Translations under genes and position numbers: made by a program
Source: Myxococcales bacterium
GTDB taxonomy: Bacteria; Myxococcota_A; UBA9042; JABWCM01; BTVJ01
DNA: 64,000 nucleotides
NCBI GenBank assembly: GCA_045863395.1
Contig: BTVJ01000011.1
Span: 94,503-158,502 of the forward strand
Direction of reading: 5' to 3'
Shown here: positions 9,570-19,520 of the stretch, one piece after another
Position numbering within the stretch: the first letter of the stretch is position 1
How the letters are laid out: the number at the start of each line of letters is the position of its first letter
Notes under the pieces: generated by a model
The model's database searches: none
What the model was told of the DNA's origin: nothing
The model's input: the letters and a program-made list of their open reading frames with translations, nothing else

Positions 9570-10010
9570 TCACCTTGCCCGGCGCAGGGCCCAGGCGAGC
9601 AGCGCCGCGATGCCCCCGGCCATCGCGACCCAGAAGGCGGAGAACACCGTGAAGAAGACGACAGGGCTCGAGCGGTTGAAGAAGCCGGCACGTACCTGGA
9701 TGGTCTTTGGCTCCTCCGGCTTGTAGAGCACGTCGACGGCGGAGCCCTCCGCGATGCCCCAGGTGGTGGCCACGGCAGCCGGCGCCGTCACGGCCACCCC
9801 GCCCCGCGTCGCAAAGGAGACGACCACCTGCGTGACGTCCTCGGAGTCGCGCCCGTTGAACCTCACCACGGACTCGATGCGCTCTACCCTGCCCGGGACC
9901 CTCTCGGCTTGCGCCTCGAAGGCGGCCTCGTCGGCGGCGAAGCTGCGGGCGAGGAGCGCACAGATCACGCCGACCACGAGGAAGATGGCGGGGAGGATCA
10001 CCTTCTGCAC
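9570..10010 (-). CDS. DUF3592-like membrane protein
   Basis: N-terminal TM, GRVERI...GSAVDVLYKPEEP motif, C-terminal TM; GTG start with GAGG. Confidence 0.7.
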   Translation of the reverse strand: MQKVILPAIFLVVGVICALLARSFAADEAAFEAQAERVPGRVERIESVVRFNGRDSEDVTQVVVSFATRGGVAVTAPAAVATTWGIAEGSAVDVLYKPEEPKTIQVRAGFFNRSSPVVFFTVFSAFWVAMAGGIAALLAWALRRAR

Positions 10011-10205
10011 GAGCGCCTCTGATCGAGGGTGGGTGGGCCGAAGCATAGGCCACCTGGGCGGCGAGCGCCATCCAGTGCACTCCAAGGGTCACAGCGCGGC
10101 CCGGCCGACCCGCACCGGACGTCACCGCGGGGGCGGTGACAAGCGGGCTGCGCCGCAGTGACATCCCCTTTGCGGGGCGGGCACTGGGGCGGGTAGCATG
10201 GCCCG

Positions 10206-11321
10206 ATGTCACTCCGCACCACCCTTGCCCTCATCGTGTTGCTTGCCTCGGCCTGCGCAGCCGACGAGCCGCCCGCCGACGTCCAGCCCCAGGCATCAGC
10301 CGATGCGGCAGGCATGGTCGACGTCTCCCCGGACACCGGTCCCCGCGGCGCCGATGCGAGCGACGCAGTCAAACCGGAAGACGTCGGCCACCCCGCTGAT
10401 ACCGCCGATGCCGCCGACGTGAGCGCACCCGGCACCGACGCCGACGCCGGCTCCTCGCTCGACGCCGCCGATGCCGCGGACACCGCCCAGCTCGACGGGA
10501 GCGACGCAGCGCCCGACGCAGGGCCCCCCGGCTGGATCCCGCCGGAGGAAGGCGGCTGCAACGGCTGGCTGGCCCTGTGTGATCGCCCCTACGATCAGGT
10601 GAGCTACGCGACGGCCCACAACGCCATGTCCAGCGACATGGACGGCTGGTTCTTCGCGAACCAGCACCTCGACGTGCCGCACCAACTCGCCCTGGGCATC
10701 CGCGGCCTGATGCTCGACGTCCACCCGGACAAGGGCGGCGTGGCCCTGTGCCACGGCACCTGCCTCGCGGGCTCGCAGCCACTGGTGGAGGGCCTGGCGG
10801 AGATCCGCGCCTTTCTGGACGACAACCCGCGAGAGGTGGTGACCCTCATCCTGGAGAGCTACGTCCCGCCCATGGAGGTCGCCCAGCGCTTCGAGGATGC
10901 GGATCTGGCGCACTACGCACACGCCCACACGCCGGGCACCCCCTGGCCGACCCTCGGCGCTCTGGTCGATGCGGGGGAGCGGCTCGTGGTGCTCTCCGAC
11001 AATGCGGGCGGGCCGCCCTGGCACATGGACGTGTGGGAGCACGCCTTCGAGACTCACTACCACTTCGAGTCGGTCGCGGAGCTGAGCTGCGATCCGAATC
11101 GCGGCGAAGCGGCCAACCCCCTGTTCATCCTGAACCACTTCCTGACGAGCCCCATCGCCTCCCAGGAACTCGCCGAGCAGGTCAACCACAACCCGCTGCT
11201 GTGGGATCGCGCCGTCACCTGCCAGGCGGAGGTGAAGCACCTCCCCACCTTCGTGACGCTGGACTTCGTGGACATCGGCGACCTGATCTCCGTCGTCGAT
11301 GCGCTCAACCAGGAACCTTGA
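10206..11321 (+). CDS. Lipoprotein with PI-PLC-like phosphodiesterase domain
   Basis: Lipobox LASAC, Asp/Ala/Pro linker, ATAHNAM...NQ...QLALGIRGLMLDVH...LCHG...NPREVVTLILE. Confidence 0.85.
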   Translation: MSLRTTLALIVLLASACAADEPPADVQPQASADAAGMVDVSPDTGPRGADASDAVKPEDVGHPADTADAADVSAPGTDADAGSSLDAADAADTAQLDGSDAAPDAGPPGWIPPEEGGCNGWLALCDRPYDQVSYATAHNAMSSDMDGWFFANQHLDVPHQLALGIRGLMLDVHPDKGGVALCHGTCLAGSQPLVEGLAEIRAFLDDNPREVVTLILESYVPPMEVAQRFEDADLAHYAHAHTPGTPWPTLGALVDAGERLVVLSDNAGGPPWHMDVWEHAFETHYHFESVAELSCDPNRGEAANPLFILNHFLTSPIASQELAEQVNHNPLLWDRAVTCQAEVKHLPTFVTLDFVDIGDLISVVDALNQEP

Positions 11322-11420
11322 CGTGCGCGGGACCCGGGGGGCAGACTCGCGCACCGGGACGGGCTCGCTCGCGCTTCGGGAGCGAGGCACCCGACGCCCG
11401 GGCGCAGGACAGGAGCGGCC

Positions 11421-12233
11421 ATGACGACACCGAGCACCGGGCAGGTTCAGCAGTTCTGGGAGCAGAACCCCCTGGCGGTCGCGGGCATCACAGCCGAGCC
11501 CGGCACCAGGGGCTTCTACGCGGAGTTCAATCGCCTGCGCGAGGAGGTCGAGCCGCTCGGCTTCCAGGACTCCTTCTACCGCTTCGCCGACTACCGTGGG
11601 AAGCGCGTCTGCGAGGTGGGCTGCGGGAACGGGTACCTCCTCAGCCGTTATGCCGAGCACGGTGCCATCGTCACGGGCGTCGACCTCACTGAACGTGCCG
11701 TGGAGCTGTCACGGCGACGCTTCGAACTCCATGGCTTGCCTGGGACCTTCGTGCAGGGCAACGCCGAGCAGCTCCCTCTGCGCGACGGCTCCTTCGATCT
11801 GGTCCTGTCCATGGGGGTGCTGCACCACGTGCCGGACATTCATCGCGCCGTCTCGGAGATCCGCCGCGTAGTCGAGCCCGGCGGCACGTTCCTGACGATG
11901 GTGTACCACCGCAACTCCGCGGCCTACCGGCTGGTGTTCCCTCTCGAGGTCACCTTGCGCAAGGTGAACCGCGGCAAGAGCCTCCAGGACATGGTCAACC
12001 AGGTCGACGGGCTCGGAAACCCCCTCGGGCGGGTGTACAGCCGCGGGGAGCTGCAGACCCTGCTCGCGGGCTTCCGCATCACGGAGACCGACGTGCGCCT
12101 GTTCGAGCTCTTCCTGGGCGGGCGCGTTCGACGGGCCCTCGCGCGGCTCCCTGTCTCGGTACAGGAGGCCCTCGGTCGCCGCGCTGGGTGGTTCCTGTAT
12201 GCCCGCGCCGAGCGCTCGACTGACTCCCAATGA
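11421..12233 (+). CDS. Class I SAM-dependent methyltransferase
   Basis: VCEVGCGNG motif I, GVDLT, GNAEQLP, FDLV, GVLHHVPD. Confidence 0.92.
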   Translation: MTTPSTGQVQQFWEQNPLAVAGITAEPGTRGFYAEFNRLREEVEPLGFQDSFYRFADYRGKRVCEVGCGNGYLLSRYAEHGAIVTGVDLTERAVELSRRRFELHGLPGTFVQGNAEQLPLRDGSFDLVLSMGVLHHVPDIHRAVSEIRRVVEPGGTFLTMVYHRNSAAYRLVFPLEVTLRKVNRGKSLQDMVNQVDGLGNPLGRVYSRGELQTLLAGFRITETDVRLFELFLGGRVRRALARLPVSVQEALGRRAGWFLYARAERSTDSQ

Positions 12234-13261
12234 CCGAGCCGCTGTGCGTCGCGCTGGTCGGAGTCTTCCCTCCCCCCCTCGGCGGTGTATCCGTGCATCT
12301 CCAGCGGCTCGCCGCGAGGCTCGAGGACCAAGGGGTCTCCGTCATGAGGCAGGGAGCGCCGACGGGGCCGCCGTTTTTCGGCTACCACCTGGAGGTTCTG
12401 CGCCGGACCCGGGGCGCACACGTGGTGCACGCCCACCTTCACGGCGCTGCGCACCTCGCGCTGCTGGCCGCGCTGGCGCGCACCTGCCGTCGCGTCGTGC
12501 TCACGATCCACGGCGACAATGTAGTCGGCCCCGCCCTGGAGGGGCACCGGTCCCGCGCCGCGGTCACCGGCGCGGCGCTGCGGTCGTTGCACGCCGTGGT
12601 TTGCGTCAACCCCCGGATCCAGCAGGAGGTCCTCGCTCTCGGCGTGCGGCATGAGCGCACACTGGTGGCGCCCGCCTTTCTGCCCCCCGACGAGCGGACC
12701 CTGAGCACGGACGTCCTGCCGGAGGTCGCCGCCTTCGTGGACCGCCACCGCCCGGTGCTCTCCGCCAGCGCGTTCACCTTCGATCTCCACCGCGGGATCC
12801 TGTTGTACGGGCAGGACCAGCTCGTGGAGCTCGTCGCCCGGCTCGCGCCATCCCTGCCGGACCTCGGGCTGGTGGTACACCTTTCGCGGACCGACGGCCC
12901 CAGCGCCGAACGCTTCGCGGCGACACGCGCCCTCGCCAGGGAGCGCGGCGTGGATGATCGGGTCCTCTGGGTTCCAGGCTCCCGTGACCTGGGGCCCACG
13001 CTCGCGCGCTCGGACGCGCTGATCCGCCCCACGGCCACTGACGGCGACGCGGTCAGCGTGCGCGAGGCGCTGCACCTCGGCGTGCCCGTCGTGGCCAGCG
13101 ACGCGGTGGGGCGTCCGGAAGGCACGCACGTGGCGCGCAGCGGCGATCTGGACGCGCTTGTGGCGGCGACGCGGAAGGCCCTGGCGTCAGAGCGCCGCCG
13201 CCAGCCGCAGCCCGACCCGTTTCCGCGGCTCCTCGCGCTCTACCGGGAGGTCGCGGGCTGA
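12230..13261 (+). CDS. Glycosyltransferase family 4 (GT-B)
   Basis: PPPLGGVSVH, VVHAH, DGDAVSVREALHLGVPVVASD; ATGA overlap with the methyltransferase. Confidence 0.88.
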   Translation: MTEPLCVALVGVFPPPLGGVSVHLQRLAARLEDQGVSVMRQGAPTGPPFFGYHLEVLRRTRGAHVVHAHLHGAAHLALLAALARTCRRVVLTIHGDNVVGPALEGHRSRAAVTGAALRSLHAVVCVNPRIQQEVLALGVRHERTLVAPAFLPPDERTLSTDVLPEVAAFVDRHRPVLSASAFTFDLHRGILLYGQDQLVELVARLAPSLPDLGLVVHLSRTDGPSAERFAATRALARERGVDDRVLWVPGSRDLGPTLARSDALIRPTATDGDAVSVREALHLGVPVVASDAVGRPEGTHVARSGDLDALVAATRKALASERRRQPQPDPFPRLLALYREVAG

Positions 13262-13286
13262 CACGCGGCGTGCGAACACCCCCTCC

Positions 13287-14615
13287 TCACGCCCCGTACT
13301 TCTTCCGCTTTCGCCACAGGGTCGAGGGGTCGATGCCGAGCTTGGCCGCGGCCTCGGCGAGGGGGACTCCCAGCGCCAGCACGCGGCGAATCTGGCGCTC
13401 CTCCAGCTCGGCGAGGGTGAGGCGCTCGTCGGCGGTGTCCGGGTGGGTCTCAAGGAGGCGGGGGGGGAGGTGCTCCGGGCGGAGCGTGCGTCCCGGGGCG
13501 AGCAGGACCGCCCGCTCCAGGGTGTGGGCCAGCTCCCGGACGTTGCCGGGCCAGGGCCAGGCGAGCAGGAGGCGCTCCACGTCGGCGTCCCAGCCGGTGA
13601 CCGCGCGGCCGTGGGCGCGGCTCAGGGAGGCCACCAGCTCCCGGGCGAGGAGCGCCACGTCCTCGGGGCGGTGGCGGAGCGCCGGCACGGCCAGGTCCAC
13701 CACACTGATGCGATAGAAGAGATCCTCGCGGAAGGTGCGGTCCCTGACCATCTCCTCCAGGTCCCGGTTGGTCGCCGCGATGAGGCGCGCATCCACGGTG
13801 CGGGGCGTTGGGTCGCCGACGCGCTCGAAGGTGCGGGTCTCGACGAAGCGCAGGAGCTTCCCCTGGAGGTGGAGCGGCACCTCGCCCACCTCGTCGAGGA
13901 ACAGGGTGCCGCCGGCGGCGGTCTCCACCTTGCCCGGCTTGTCCGCGATGGCGCCGGTGAAGGCGCCCCGCTTGTGCCCGAACAGCTCGGACTCCAGCAG
14001 CGCCTCTTGGAAGGACGTGCAGTCCGCCGTCACGAAGGGGCCCCCCGCGCGCCCGCTCGCCTCGTGGATCAGCCGCGCCAGCAGCGTCTTGCCCGTGCCG
14101 CTCTCGCCGGTGATCAGGACGGTCGCGTCGGATGTGGCGACGCTGCGGGCCAGCTCCAGCAGGTGCAGCATCGCCGGGTTCTGCGTGAGGAAGCGCCCGT
14201 GGAAGGGCAGGTCGCCCACGCGGCGGCGGAGGCCCGCGACCTCGCTCCGCAGGCTCCGCACCGTCTCGATCTGCGCGAGCCGCGCCCGGACCTGCGCCGG
14301 CGTGAAGGGCTTGGTCAGATAGTCGAAGGCGCCCTCCTTCATGGCCTCCACCGCCGTCTCGATGCTCCCGTGCGCGGTGATGATGACGGTCTCGACGGAG
14401 CGGTGCTCGTCGCGAAGGCGCCGCAGCACTTCGTTGCCGCTCATGCCCGGGAGCTGGAGGTCGACCAGGGCCACGTCCACGCTCTCGCGGGCGAGCTGCG
14501 CCAGGGCGGCCTCTCCGGTGCCGGCGGTCAGCACTGTGTGGCCGTCGCCGCGCAGCAAGAGCTCCAGGGTGCGCACGATGTGCGGGTCGTCGTCCAGGAT
14601 CAGGATGCGGCTCAT
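13287..14615 (-). CDS. Sigma54-dependent response regulator (NtrC/AlgB-like)
   Basis: Receiver ILILDDD, GESGTGKT, ESELFGH, GAFTGA, FLDEVGE, WPGNVREL, Fis-type HTH LGIDPSTLWRK. Confidence 0.95.
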   Translation of the reverse strand: MSRILILDDDPHIVRTLELLLRGDGHTVLTAGTGEAALAQLARESVDVALVDLQLPGMSGNEVLRRLRDEHRSVETVIITAHGSIETAVEAMKEGAFDYLTKPFTPAQVRARLAQIETVRSLRSEVAGLRRRVGDLPFHGRFLTQNPAMLHLLELARSVATSDATVLITGESGTGKTLLARLIHEASGRAGGPFVTADCTSFQEALLESELFGHKRGAFTGAIADKPGKVETAAGGTLFLDEVGEVPLHLQGKLLRFVETRTFERVGDPTPRTVDARLIAATNRDLEEMVRDRTFREDLFYRISVVDLAVPALRHRPEDVALLARELVASLSRAHGRAVTGWDADVERLLLAWPWPGNVRELAHTLERAVLLAPGRTLRPEHLPPRLLETHPDTADERLTLAELEERQIRRVLALGVPLAEAAAKLGIDPSTLWRKRKKYGA

Positions 14616-15976
14616 GTTCTCTCCGCAGTGACGGGGATGTGGATGCGGAAGGTGGTGCCCTCGCCGACCCGGCTCTCGACGCTGATCCTTCCCCGGTGCG
14701 CAGAGACGATCTCCCGGGCGATGGCGAGGCCGAGGCCATGGGTGCCGGCCTGGGGCGCCGCGTCCGCCGAGACGAACGGGTCGAAGATGCGCGGCAGCGC
14801 CTCTGCGGGGATGCCGGCGCCCGTGTCCGCCACCGTGACCTCGACGCCGCCTTCCATCGCTGCGACCGCCACGCGGACACTGCCACCGCGCGGGGTGTAG
14901 CGCAGGGCGTTGCCGGCGATGTTGGTGACCACCCAGGGGAACTTCACCGGGTCGACGCGTGCGATCATCCCCCCTTCCGGGAGCGCGAGCGAGATGCCCG
15001 ACGCCTCCGCTTGCGGAAGCAGCGGCCGCAGGGCGGTCCGCAGCAGGGGCGCCAGCTCCACGGGCTGGACCCGCACGGTCAGGTCCGGCGCCACGTCCCG
15101 GGACGCGTCGATGAGCTCCGCGATCAGCGCCGCCAGGTTGTCGCAGTCCTCGCCCGCGATGGCGAGCAGCTCCGCCTGGGCGGGATCCAGGTTCGTGAGC
15201 CGCTCCCGCAGCAGGTGGACCGACAGGGACAGCGAGGTCATGGGCGTCTTGAGCTGGTGGGAGAGCATGGAGACGAACCGGCGCCGCGACTCCTCGAGCG
15301 CGTGGGAGAGTCGCCGGGCCTGCGCGTCCTCGTAGGCGGCCAGGCGCCCGAGCAGCGCGTCCACCTCGCCCTGGAGGCGCCCGAGCTCGTCGGTCGGAGG
15401 CGGCGGCACTGGCCCCCCTGCGCCGAGCGCCGCGTGGAGCCGCGCCGCCACCTCGGTCACGGGGCCCCCGATGCGCCGCGCCGCCAGCAGCGCGAACCCG
15501 ACCAGGGCGACCACGGTCGCCGCGAGTGCCCCCGCCACCGCGAGGCGCGCCGTGTGTGCGGTCTCCCGCGCGCGCCGCTCCGACGCGATCATGGCGGCCT
15601 CGTTGAGTGTGACCAGGTCCGCGATGCCCTGGCGCAGCCCGGCCGCGGTCTCTGGGTCGACGCGACCGCTCGCGGCCCCCCACGCGGCGCGCAGCCCGGC
15701 GAGCACCGCCGGCTCGCCGGGCTCGGTCACGTTGCGCTCGCACTGGACCAGCGCCTCCTCGAAGCGGGCGGCGTGATCGCCCGCGGCGCCGGTCTCCACG
15801 TGGAGGAGCGCGGTCTCCATCTGCCGCGCCGCCTGGATCGTGTGATAGTTGTTGGCGAGGATTCGCTCGGCCGCCCGCCCGAGCTGATCGACGGCCAGGA
15901 GCCCGATGGCGCCGACCAGCACCACCAGCAGCCCCGGGATGAGCAGGGCGAGGAGCAACCGCGTTCGGAGGGTCAT
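14612..15976 (-). CDS. Membrane sensor histidine kinase (KinB-like)
   Basis: Two TMs, periplasmic ILANNYHTIQAA..M, HAMP, H-box SHQLKTPMTS, N box NALRYT, DTGAGI, GLGLAI. Confidence 0.92.
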   Translation of the reverse strand: MTLRTRLLLALLIPGLLVVLVGAIGLLAVDQLGRAAERILANNYHTIQAARQMETALLHVETGAAGDHAARFEEALVQCERNVTEPGEPAVLAGLRAAWGAASGRVDPETAAGLRQGIADLVTLNEAAMIASERRARETAHTARLAVAGALAATVVALVGFALLAARRIGGPVTEVAARLHAALGAGGPVPPPPTDELGRLQGEVDALLGRLAAYEDAQARRLSHALEESRRRFVSMLSHQLKTPMTSLSLSVHLLRERLTNLDPAQAELLAIAGEDCDNLAALIAELIDASRDVAPDLTVRVQPVELAPLLRTALRPLLPQAEASGISLALPEGGMIARVDPVKFPWVVTNIAGNALRYTPRGGSVRVAVAAMEGGVEVTVADTGAGIPAEALPRIFDPFVSADAAPQAGTHGLGLAIAREIVSAHRGRISVESRVGEGTTFRIHIPVTAERT

Positions 15977-16023
15977 GGCTCGCCTCCCGCCGCGACCACG
16001 CGGCCGATGGCGACCATACACCG

Positions 16024-17493
16024 TCACCGCCCGCGCCGTGAAGCGCCCACGTCCCTCGCCACCTTCAGGAAGGCCGCCAGGACGACGAAGAACTCCAGGC
16101 GGCCGAGCAGCATGGCCGCGATCTGCACGAGCAGCACCGGCGCCGGCGTGGCGGGGCCCGTGACGCCGACGGAGAGGCCTACCGTGCCCAGCGACGACTC
16201 CATCTCGAAGAGGCTGTCCTCCAGGCTGAAGCCGTAGCCGGTCATCACTGCGACGCCGGCGACGAGCGCGAGCAGATAGAGGACGAGGAACGACGACGTG
16301 GCGACCACCTGGGGGTCGGACACGCGAACCCGCGCCTCGCCGGCCCAGGCGTCGCGCACCACGACGGCGCCGCGGGGCAGCACGAGGCGCCGCAGCTCCC
16401 AGCCGAGCGAGCGCAGCAGGAGCACGGCCCGGGCCTGCTTGAGCCCGCCGGCCGTGGAGCCCGTGTGGCCGCCTATCACCATCAGCACGAGCATCACGAG
16501 CAGGCCCAGCTTGGGCCACTCCGCATAGCCGACCGTGGAGAAGCCGGTGGTGGTCAGGGCGGAGAGGGTCTCGAAGACGGCGACCCGCGCGGACTTGCCC
16601 AACGTCGGGTACACCGCGGCGACCTGCCACAGCACAAGGCCGATGGCGACCGCAGCCGCGACCACGGTGAACCGCACCTCCACGTTGCGGCCCACGGCCC
16701 GCCAGCGCCGGTGGAGCACGAGCCAGGCCGTCTGGAAGTTGGTGCTGCCGAGGATCATGAGGGGCAGCGAGACCGCCTCGATGGCCGGCGAGTCCCAGGC
16801 GCCGATGCTCTCCGGGCGCGTCGAGAAGCCGCCGGTCGAGACCGCGGCGAAGGCGTGGTTGACGGCGTCGAAGGCGCCCATGCCGCAGGCGATGTAGCCT
16901 GCGATGCCCGCGACGGCGTAGCAGGCGTAGAGGATGAGCACGAGCCGCGCCGACTCGCGCACGTGGGGGACGAGCTGGTCGCTGCGCCCCTCTGCCGCGG
17001 CCAGACCCGGCCCGAGCGGGCCGCCCAGGGTCACGAGCAGGATGATGGCCATGCCAGCGCCGCCGGCGAGCTGCATGACGCTGCGCCAGAGCAGGATGAC
17101 ATGGGGCGCCTGGGTCACGTCGACGACCGACAGGCCCGTGGTGGTCCAGGCGCTGACCGCCTCGAACAGCGCCGCGATGGGGCCGAGGCCCTGGAAGCCG
17201 AGGAACGGAATGGCCGAAGCGCTGCACACCACCCACCACGCGACGACGAGGGCGACGCCCCCCTCCTGGAGGGTGAGCGAGACCTCCCCATCGGGGCGCA
17301 GCCAGCGCCACGCCGCCCCGCCGAGGGCGAGCAGGAGCGCGGCCGTCCCGAGGAGGGGCTTTGCCGCGGGCAGCTCCTCGGGCCAGACGACCAGGGCGAG
17401 CAGCGGGGTGAGCGCCAGCGCGCCGGCGAGCAGCAGCACGAGGCCCACGTAGTACGCAATGGCCCGGTAGCTGCCTGCGACGATCCTCCCCAC
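16024..17493 (-). CDS. trkH: Trk potassium uptake membrane protein TrkH
   Basis: FEAVSAWTTTGLS, STGGFS, TTTGFS, GSTAGGLK, LGTVGLSVG, GRLE motifs. Confidence 0.92.
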   Translation of the reverse strand: MGRIVAGSYRAIAYYVGLVLLLAGALALTPLLALVVWPEELPAAKPLLGTAALLLALGGAAWRWLRPDGEVSLTLQEGGVALVVAWWVVCSASAIPFLGFQGLGPIAALFEAVSAWTTTGLSVVDVTQAPHVILLWRSVMQLAGGAGMAIILLVTLGGPLGPGLAAAEGRSDQLVPHVRESARLVLILYACYAVAGIAGYIACGMGAFDAVNHAFAAVSTGGFSTRPESIGAWDSPAIEAVSLPLMILGSTNFQTAWLVLHRRWRAVGRNVEVRFTVVAAAVAIGLVLWQVAAVYPTLGKSARVAVFETLSALTTTGFSTVGYAEWPKLGLLVMLVLMVIGGHTGSTAGGLKQARAVLLLRSLGWELRRLVLPRGAVVVRDAWAGEARVRVSDPQVVATSSFLVLYLLALVAGVAVMTGYGFSLEDSLFEMESSLGTVGLSVGVTGPATPAPVLLVQIAAMLLGRLEFFVVLAAFLKVARDVGASRRGR

Positions 17494-17494
17494 G

Positions 17495-18154
17495 TCACTT
17501 CCCTCCGAGCATCCGCAGCAGGCGGTCGTGGCTCTCGGGCAGGGCGATGACGACGAGGCGGTCCCCCGCGGTCAGGACCGTGGCCCCGTTCGGGACGATG
17601 GTCGCGTCGCCGCGGACGACGGCCCCGATGAGGGCGCCCGCGGGGAGGCGGGTCTCTGCCAGCGCCATGCCCGCCAGAGGGCTCGCGGTAGGGAGCACGA
17701 CCTCGCTCACGCGGATGCGCCCGTCGGCGACGGGCATGAGGTCTACGAGGTCACCGAAGGCCGAGCGCTGCTCGATGAGGCTCGCCAGGACCGGGATGGC
17801 AGAGAAGGTCGTCTCGATGCCGAGCTTCCTGAAGACGCGCTCATTGTCCGGATCGTTGACCAGCGCCACCACGCGCGGGACCATGAAGCGCCGCAGCGCG
17901 AGCTGGCACACCACCAGGTTGACGTGGTCCTCGGGGGTCAGCGCCAGCACCTGGTCCGCCGACCCGGCCCCCGCCTCGTCCAGCAGGTCCGGGTCGGTGC
18001 CATCACCGGCCAGCACCAGCGCGTCCAGGGCGCGGGCCAGGTGATCGCAGTTCGCTCGGTCCCGGTCGATGATGGTCACGCGGTGCCCCTTGGCGAGCAT
18101 CGTGCGCACCAGGAAGTACACGAGACGCCCTCCACCGACGATGATCAGCCTCAT
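17495..18154 (-). CDS. trkA: TrkA family K+ uptake regulatory protein (RCK_N + RCK_C)
   Basis: MRLIIVGGGRLV, GDGTD, C-terminal VPNGATVLTAGD. Confidence 0.9.
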   Translation of the reverse strand: MRLIIVGGGRLVYFLVRTMLAKGHRVTIIDRDRANCDHLARALDALVLAGDGTDPDLLDEAGAGSADQVLALTPEDHVNLVVCQLALRRFMVPRVVALVNDPDNERVFRKLGIETTFSAIPVLASLIEQRSAFGDLVDLMPVADGRIRVSEVVLPTASPLAGMALAETRLPAGALIGAVVRGDATIVPNGATVLTAGDRLVVIALPESHDRLLRMLGGK

Positions 18155-18582
18155 GGCACACCTACCTGTCCGCTCGCGGTCAACCGCTCGAAGAGCTCGG
18201 CCGCCGCCAGGGTTGTCGGGCAGACCGTCTGGACCCGCAGCTCCTGGTAGGTCGCCTCCCGCCGCGGGTCGAACACCCGGGCCACCGCTGAGCGGCAGCC
18301 GAGGACCTGCATGGCCGTCTGCGTCACCATGAGGTTGACCGTGTCCAGGCTGGTCGCCGCGATGAGCAGGTCGGCGGTGCCCACCTTCGCCTGCTCCAGG
18401 ACGCCCAGCTCGGTGGCGTCCCCCGCGATGGTGAAGCCGCTGAACGTGCGCCCGAGGGTCGAGAAGGCTTCCGGATCTGCATCGACGACGACGACGTTGT
18501 GGCCCGCTGCGCTCAGGCGGGTCGCCACCAGGGACCCGAGCTTCCCGCAGCCGACCACTACGACGTTGAATCTGCTCTTCAT
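18151..18582 (-). CDS. TrkA-N (RCK_N only) protein
   Basis: VVVGCGKLG, GDAT, D..NL; 143 aa with no RCK_C. Confidence 0.88.
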   Translation of the reverse strand: MKSRFNVVVVGCGKLGSLVATRLSAAGHNVVVVDADPEAFSTLGRTFSGFTIAGDATELGVLEQAKVGTADLLIAATSLDTVNLMVTQTAMQVLGCRSAVARVFDPRREATYQELRVQTVCPTTLAAAELFERLTASGQVGVP

Positions 18583-19253
18583 GGCTCCTCCTCATCGCCC
18601 AGGAGCGGCTGCAGATCGTGGACCTGCCCCGTGCTCCGGCTCAGGTTGGTGCGCGCGGGGGCGAAGGTCGCGTCCAGGGCGACCGCGGCGCGGTACAGGC
18701 TCTGCGCGCGTGAGAACTCGCGCTGGAACTCCAGGATGGCGCCGCAGAGGCACAGGGCGTCGGCGCGCTCCGGGTTCAGCGCGAGGGCTGCGTGCGCCAG
18801 CGCCGTGCCCGCCTCCAGGTGGCCCCGGCGGACGGCGGCGCGGGCGCGCGCCAGCGTGGCGTCGTAGTCGCCGGCGACCTCTCGCGGGGCTCTCAGCGCG
18901 CGGCTCACGACGTCCCGGAGCTGGCTCGGAGTGAAGGGCTTCTGCAGGAGGTCGCGCGCTCCCCGTTTCATGGCAGTGACGGCGGCGTCCACGGTCCCGT
19001 GGGCCGTGATCACCACGACGAGGGCGTCGGGGCGTATGGCTCGTGCTCGCGTCAGGACGTCGAGGCCGTCCAAGTCCGGCAGCTTGAGGTCGAGGAGGAT
19101 CAGATCGTAGGGGCGGCCCTCGACGTGCGCCAGCGCCGCCGCGCCATCCGCTGCCAGCTCGACCGTGTAGCCGGCGTCCTCCAGCGCATCACGCAGGGTC
19201 ACGCGGATGTTCCGCTCATCATCGACGATCAGGATGGATTCCTTCGCAGCCAT
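18579..19253 (-). CDS. Response regulator with C-terminal TPR
   Basis: ILIVDDE, LLDLKLP, KPF; TPR-like C-terminus; RBS GAGGTG. Confidence 0.88.
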   Translation of the reverse strand: MAAKESILIVDDERNIRVTLRDALEDAGYTVELAADGAAALAHVEGRPYDLILLDLKLPDLDGLDVLTRARAIRPDALVVVITAHGTVDAAVTAMKRGARDLLQKPFTPSQLRDVVSRALRAPREVAGDYDATLARARAAVRRGHLEAGTALAHAALALNPERADALCLCGAILEFQREFSRAQSLYRAAVALDATFAPARTNLSRSTGQVHDLQPLLGDEEEP

Positions 19254-19297
19254 GTGCACCTCAGCGCCGGAGTCTCACCCAGCACGATGGGACTGGG

Positions 19298-19312
19298 GCA
19301 AGGGGCGTGCCA
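19298..19312 (-). promoter_or_regulatory. Sigma54 promoter of the RR-trkA-trkA-trkH-HK-RR operon
   Basis: Minus strand TGGCAC-GCCCC-TTGC, a perfect -24/-12 consensus, 45 bp upstream of the ATG. Confidence 0.85.
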
Positions 19313-19390
19313 TTGGCTCAGAGTGCCTCACGGGCTTGTCCGGCGCGGGTTTGCGACGTCTTGGGGCGGGAGGTGCCCCCCCTCCACCGT

Positions 19391-19420
19391 GCTACTCTGC
19401 AATCTCCGTTGCAGAGTGCA
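19391..19420. promoter_or_regulatory. Upstream activator (enhancer) site pair
   Basis: GCTA-CTC-TGCA and TGCA-GAG-TGCA 19 bp apart, including the palindrome ACTCTGCAA-N6-TTGCAGAGT (19394-19417). Confidence 0.65.
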
Positions 19421-19520
19421 ATCCCGGGGGGGGGCCGCTGGGCGCAGCGCTCTTGGCCGACCACGGAGTCGCGTGGGACCGCATGGGTGGTGCCAGATCC
19501 CGTGCTTCAGATTGCTCCCG

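Noticed and set aside
11421..13261. Methyltransferase-glycosyltransferase pair as a T6SS-modifying system
   Set aside because: Generic families; nothing beyond proximity links them to T6SS.
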